Positions 60,066 through 64,000 of a stretch of DNA of 64,000 bases are shown one piece after another. The notes beneath the pieces were generated by a model, which did not search any database, had not been told where the DNA came from, and saw only the letters and a program-made list of their open reading frames with translations. Position 1 is the first letter of the stretch, and each line of letters begins with the position of its first letter. The DNA is taken from NCBI RefSeq assembly GCF_009914755.1, contig NC_060930.1. The stretch is one strand, 5' to 3'. Made by a program: the position numbers and the translations under genes. Origin of the DNA: the human T2T-CHM13v2.0 reference genome, Homo sapiens.

Positions 60066-60141
60066 TTCTTAAAATACTTAATTGAATCACTGATACAGAT
60101 CACATGACATTATCCAGGTGAAACAGACATTTGTCTTTATG

Positions 60142-60570
60142 TTGTGGCAGAAGCTTTCAGTTGTCTCCTCTCTTCTTTTATGGTAACAGAATTTCTGATT
60201 TATAGCTGAGCATATGACTCCCTGGAAAAATGACTCTACCTCCCAGCTTCCCTTGCCTGACTGGCCATGTAAGTGATGACCAACGGGATATAACAGAGGT
60301 GTCCTGTGGAAACTTCTACTTGTCCTTTTCTTCATCCATTTTTTTTTCTCTCCTGTTTGTAATATACATAGTGCATCTTGAACCACAAGTTCAAGGTTAT
60401 ACAACGTAGAGCAACAATATAGAAAGAGTCTGGGTTCCTGTCATCATGAAGTGCCACAGCAGCCTTGAACCACCTATCTAAACTTTTACATGAGAGAAAA
60501 ACTGAACTCTCACATTACATAAGTCACTGTTACTTTGAATTTTTAAGATATTCACTGTCAAATCCAATGG
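60142..60570. mobile_element. Old MLT1 LTR
   Basis: tgtggcaga...tcccagcttcccttgcc...ggccatgtaagtg...agagtctgggttcctg...taagtcactgttactttg. Confidence 0.65.
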
Positions 60571-61273
60571 TCATTATTATTACAATTAAATTAACTTTGT
60601 TTTGATAGAAAAATCAATGGAGCACACAAAACAGTAGCAATATTCTATGATCTAAGAAACCAACAAGAATTTTCTTTTACATACATGAGGATGTTGACAT
60701 AGGAAGATAAATAAGTCTTTTGGAAGACAACAGTAAAATATTACTTATAATACTTCAGGGAATAAGACCTTATTTATAAGTTCATGAGTTTTTACAATTA
60801 CAGAAGTTGACCATAAAACCCAAACTTTTAAAAAAGCATTGATCATTTTGATGAAAATCTTTACCAAATGTGTTCTATAGTCCATCCTTATTTCAGCAGA
60901 TTACACGCGACATGCACATGATGACTTAGCTTTCTAAAAAGAGCAATGGTGTAACGAATATATGCCACTTGCCAGAAGCCATAGTTAATACCATATGTAC
61001 ACCTCATCCCTAGTGACCTATAAACAAAACAAGGTGGGCAGTGCCACAGCCTTTTTTACAGATGGAGAGACTGAGGCTTGGAGATGCTGAGATATGTCCA
61101 AGGCTACAAGTTTACAAAGTAACAAAGTCCATTTATCATAAAAGTATTTGTTGTTTTGTTCACTTTTCAGACACAGTTTTAAAAAATACATGTCAAATAA
61201 ATAAGCATTTTTTATTTACTGTTTTACCATGAACTACAGTGAAATCCTTGCTAACTGTATCTCTTTCCTTCAG

Positions 61274-61331
61274 AGGCCGATGTCGGACAGATGTCACCAT
61301 CATGTCGGGATGGTGGACATTTTCCTATCTG
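61274..61331 (+). other. Candidate internal exon (58 nt, or 62 nt with the second donor)
   Basis: Consensus branch point gctaac, then tgtatctctttccttcag|AGGCCG...TCTG|gtgggt (or TGG|gtagga). Confidence 0.4.
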
Positions 61332-61591
61332 GTGGGTAGGAAATCAGTAACTACATTTACTAATTATGAAAACACCACCAAGTTAAGATTTTGTTACAAG
61401 AAATGTGTACGGACATACATTTTTAGAATATATGTCAATATCTTTATACTCCTTTGGCCTCTTTGCTGATAACCTGCTTTTCATTTAGTTATTTCCTGAG
61501 TTTTGTAGTTGTTTTTCTTTTAAAGTCTTTATTATCGACAGGTTTTTCCAGGTACATTACTTCATTTATCTCAGAAATCATATGAGACATT

Positions 61592-62150
61592 ATACTTGGC
61601 ATTTCTTTTCTATTGCTGTGTAACAAATAACCACAATTTTGTTGCTTAAAACAACATGCTTTTATGATCTCACAGTTTCTGTGGGGCAGGCCTGGTGTGA
61701 CTTCTGCTCAGAGTCCCATGAGGCCCAGTCAAGATGTCGGCTGGGCTGCTCTCTTCCCTGGAGACTCCATTACAGCGAAACTAGCTTCTAAGCTCTCTCA
61801 GGCTGTTGGCAGAATTAACTTCCTTGCAGCTGTCATTACAAGGGCCTCGGCTTTCTGCTGCCTGTTGGCTGGAGGCCTCCTGCCGTTCCTTGCCATGTGA
61901 GCTTCCTCACCTTGGCAGTTCACTTCATCAAATCAACAAGGAGAGGGTCTGCTCCAGTCTCCACTGAATCCATCATAAGTAATATCGTCAGGGGAAGTCT
62001 TAGATAACATAATTGGCACGGTCAGGGAAATCAAATCACTTTTGCTGTATTTTCTTGGTTAGAGAAAGCAATTTCACATGAGCATGTACAGGAGGTGGTG
62101 GGAGGTCACTGGGCCGGGGGGGTGGGGGTCACCTTCATGTCTGTCCATGC
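61592..62150 (-). mobile_element. MLT1 (MaLR) LTR
   Basis: ttttctattgctgtgtaacaaataaccacaa...cttaaaacaaca...tctcacagtttctgtggggcagg...gttggcagaattaacttccttgcagctg. Confidence 0.85.
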
Positions 62151-62354
62151 CCCGTTTAACAAATTAGGAGAAAGAGCTTTCATAAAATTAAAGTTTCAGA
62201 AATGGTAACTCAATATATAACATTAGTTGTCAAGTGCTCAGGCTATTTTTCAAAAATATAAACACATGTTTCAGTTTAGGTACGTGAATATTTGAACACT
62301 TCCTTGGAGTCCTCCTTTTAAAATTTCAAATAAGTCATTTTATAGCTTGGGAGA

Positions 62355-62708
62355 TGATATGGTTTGGCTGTGTCCCCACCCAAATCTCAACTTGAATTGT
62401 ATCTCCCAGAATTCCCACGTGTTGTGGGAGGCACCTAGAAGGAGGTAATAGAATCATGGGGGCTGGTCTCTCTCGTGCTATTCTCATGATAGTGAATAAG
62501 TCTCATGAAATCTGATGGGTGTATCAGGGGTTTCCACTTTTGCTTCTTCCTCATTTTCTCTTGCCACCACCATGTAAGAAGTGCCTTTCACCTCACGCCA
62601 TGATTCTGAGGCCTCCCCAGTCATGTGGAACTGTAAGTCCAATTAAACCTCTTTTTGTTCCCAGACTCAGGTATGTCTTTATCAGCAGTGTGAAAATTGA
62701 CTAATACA
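62355..62708 (+). mobile_element. THE1 (MaLR) solo LTR
   Basis: tgatatggtttggctgtgtccccacccaaatctc...gactaataca; perfect TSD ggaga. Confidence 0.97.
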
Positions 62709-62922
62709 GGAGATATTAAGAAATAAATACCAGATGTAACCAGAAACTGAGTTTCTGTTTATTCTGGCATGTTAAACTTTACAAGATTAGAATATGTTAC
62801 ACAAACAGAAACATGTCTTGCTTTAATGAGTGTATATATTCCTTTCTAACTTGAATTTATTCCCTATGATTTCTTAGAGCAAGAACGTATTATAGAAGCA
62901 GTTAACTAAAAGGCTCACTACG

Positions 62923-62982
62923 GTTAATTCTGCAGAAAGAAATAGAAGTTTACAGAAGTTAATTCTGCAGAAAGAAATAGAA
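62923..62982 (+). repeat. 25-bp perfect direct repeat with 10-bp spacer
   Basis: gttaattctgcagaaagaaatagaa at 62923-62947 and 62958-62982. Confidence 0.95.
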
Positions 62983-63847
62983 AGGATTAATTGTTCCTAA
63001 GTAAGCCAAGTTATCTCTACAAATTGTTTAAAACAAATATTAGAAGGAAAACAATAATTAAGAGAAGATCTTAAGAAGACACCTAATCTAGTTCTTATTA
63101 ATATTTTTCATTTCTGATTTTGATATTATATGAATAATGAAAAATCCCTCATTTGAAAAAACTTTATATGTTATACAGGACACAAGAGAGGCAAAAATGA
63201 TTTTTGTAAATTCCAGCCAGTCTCCAAGAGACTATGATCATAATAAAAGCAATGGCAATGGCATCACCTTGCATTAGTATAAAACCGGTTTGTCTACAAA
63301 TCGCTTTCACATGTCCCAAGCCAACCTTGATTTCCAGTGAAAATCTGTTAATGCTGTGTTCTATAGAGCTCTGAGCCACACATGGATTACTTGGTCATGT
63401 GTTGATAATTTGTTCATGTGTAACTGCAGAACTGTTTCCCAACAAAACCCTGGCCCCAAGCCCAAGTATTCACTGGGTTCTCACATGTAACTACTTGGGT
63501 ATATCTTGATGATTACATCATGCATTTTCATAAGAGTATCCATTTTATCTAACGATTTGTTAATCATCAAAACAAGGATCTTCCCTCATTTTGTAATAGA
63601 ACAACTGAAGTCCATGCTTTTCTTGGAAAATATAGTCATATTTTAGTAAAAGTGTGATCACAAGGCTGGGCAGAGTTAGCTGGGTAAGTTTGACTCTGCT
63701 CTATGTGGGGTCAGCTCGGATGGTTCAGTGGGACTGAATGGTTTCTTTTCAACGTGGCTCTTTTGCATGGCCGAGTGGATGCTGAATATAAGCTGAGGTC
63801 AGTGGGCTGGTGTTCTTAGTTCTTCTTAACAAGGGGGTGCCCTAGAG

Positions 63848-64000
63848 CAGTGGCCCCCAACCTTTTTAGTTGTCTGTCATTGTCAACATGCACAGGTTTG
63901 ACGGAAGACAGTTTTTCCAGGGACCCAGTGGGATAGTTTCAGGATAAAACTGTTCCACCTCACATCATCAAGCATTAGATTCTCATAAGGAGCGTGCAAC
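63848..64000 (+). mobile_element. MER1-type hAT element (runs off the window end)
   Basis: cagtggcccccaacctttt...ggaagacagtttttcc...aaactgttccacctcacatcatcaagcattagattctcataaggagc. Confidence 0.88.

Overview
Primate, almost certainly human, genomic DNA. It is AT-rich, has no CpG island and is densely filled with repeats: about 20 Alus, several L1 fragments, MaLR/ERV solo LTRs, hAT DNA transposons, MIR and L2. I find no intact protein-coding gene; the ORF track is mostly Alu, L1, LTR and low-complexity artefact, and I cannot name the host locus. Non-repeat content I can support: (1) a heavily decayed, intronless KRAB zinc-finger retrocopy at about 43.9-44.9 kb, apparently inserted in an old L1; (2) a 40-nt tailless 5S rRNA retropseudogene with a target-site duplication (TSD) at 45330-45369; (3) a 1.85-kb AT-rich minisatellite containing tandem perfect palindromes; (4) a cluster of nested inverted copies at 35.4-35.6 kb that looks like a templated-insertion repair scar; (5) a 47-bp-arm hairpin at 46045-46142; (6) a few well-formed orphan exon candidates on both strands, possibly from lncRNAs or UTRs. 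I see no convincing evidence for a wholly new biological system. Repeat subfamily names are from memory of consensus sequences, not from a search.
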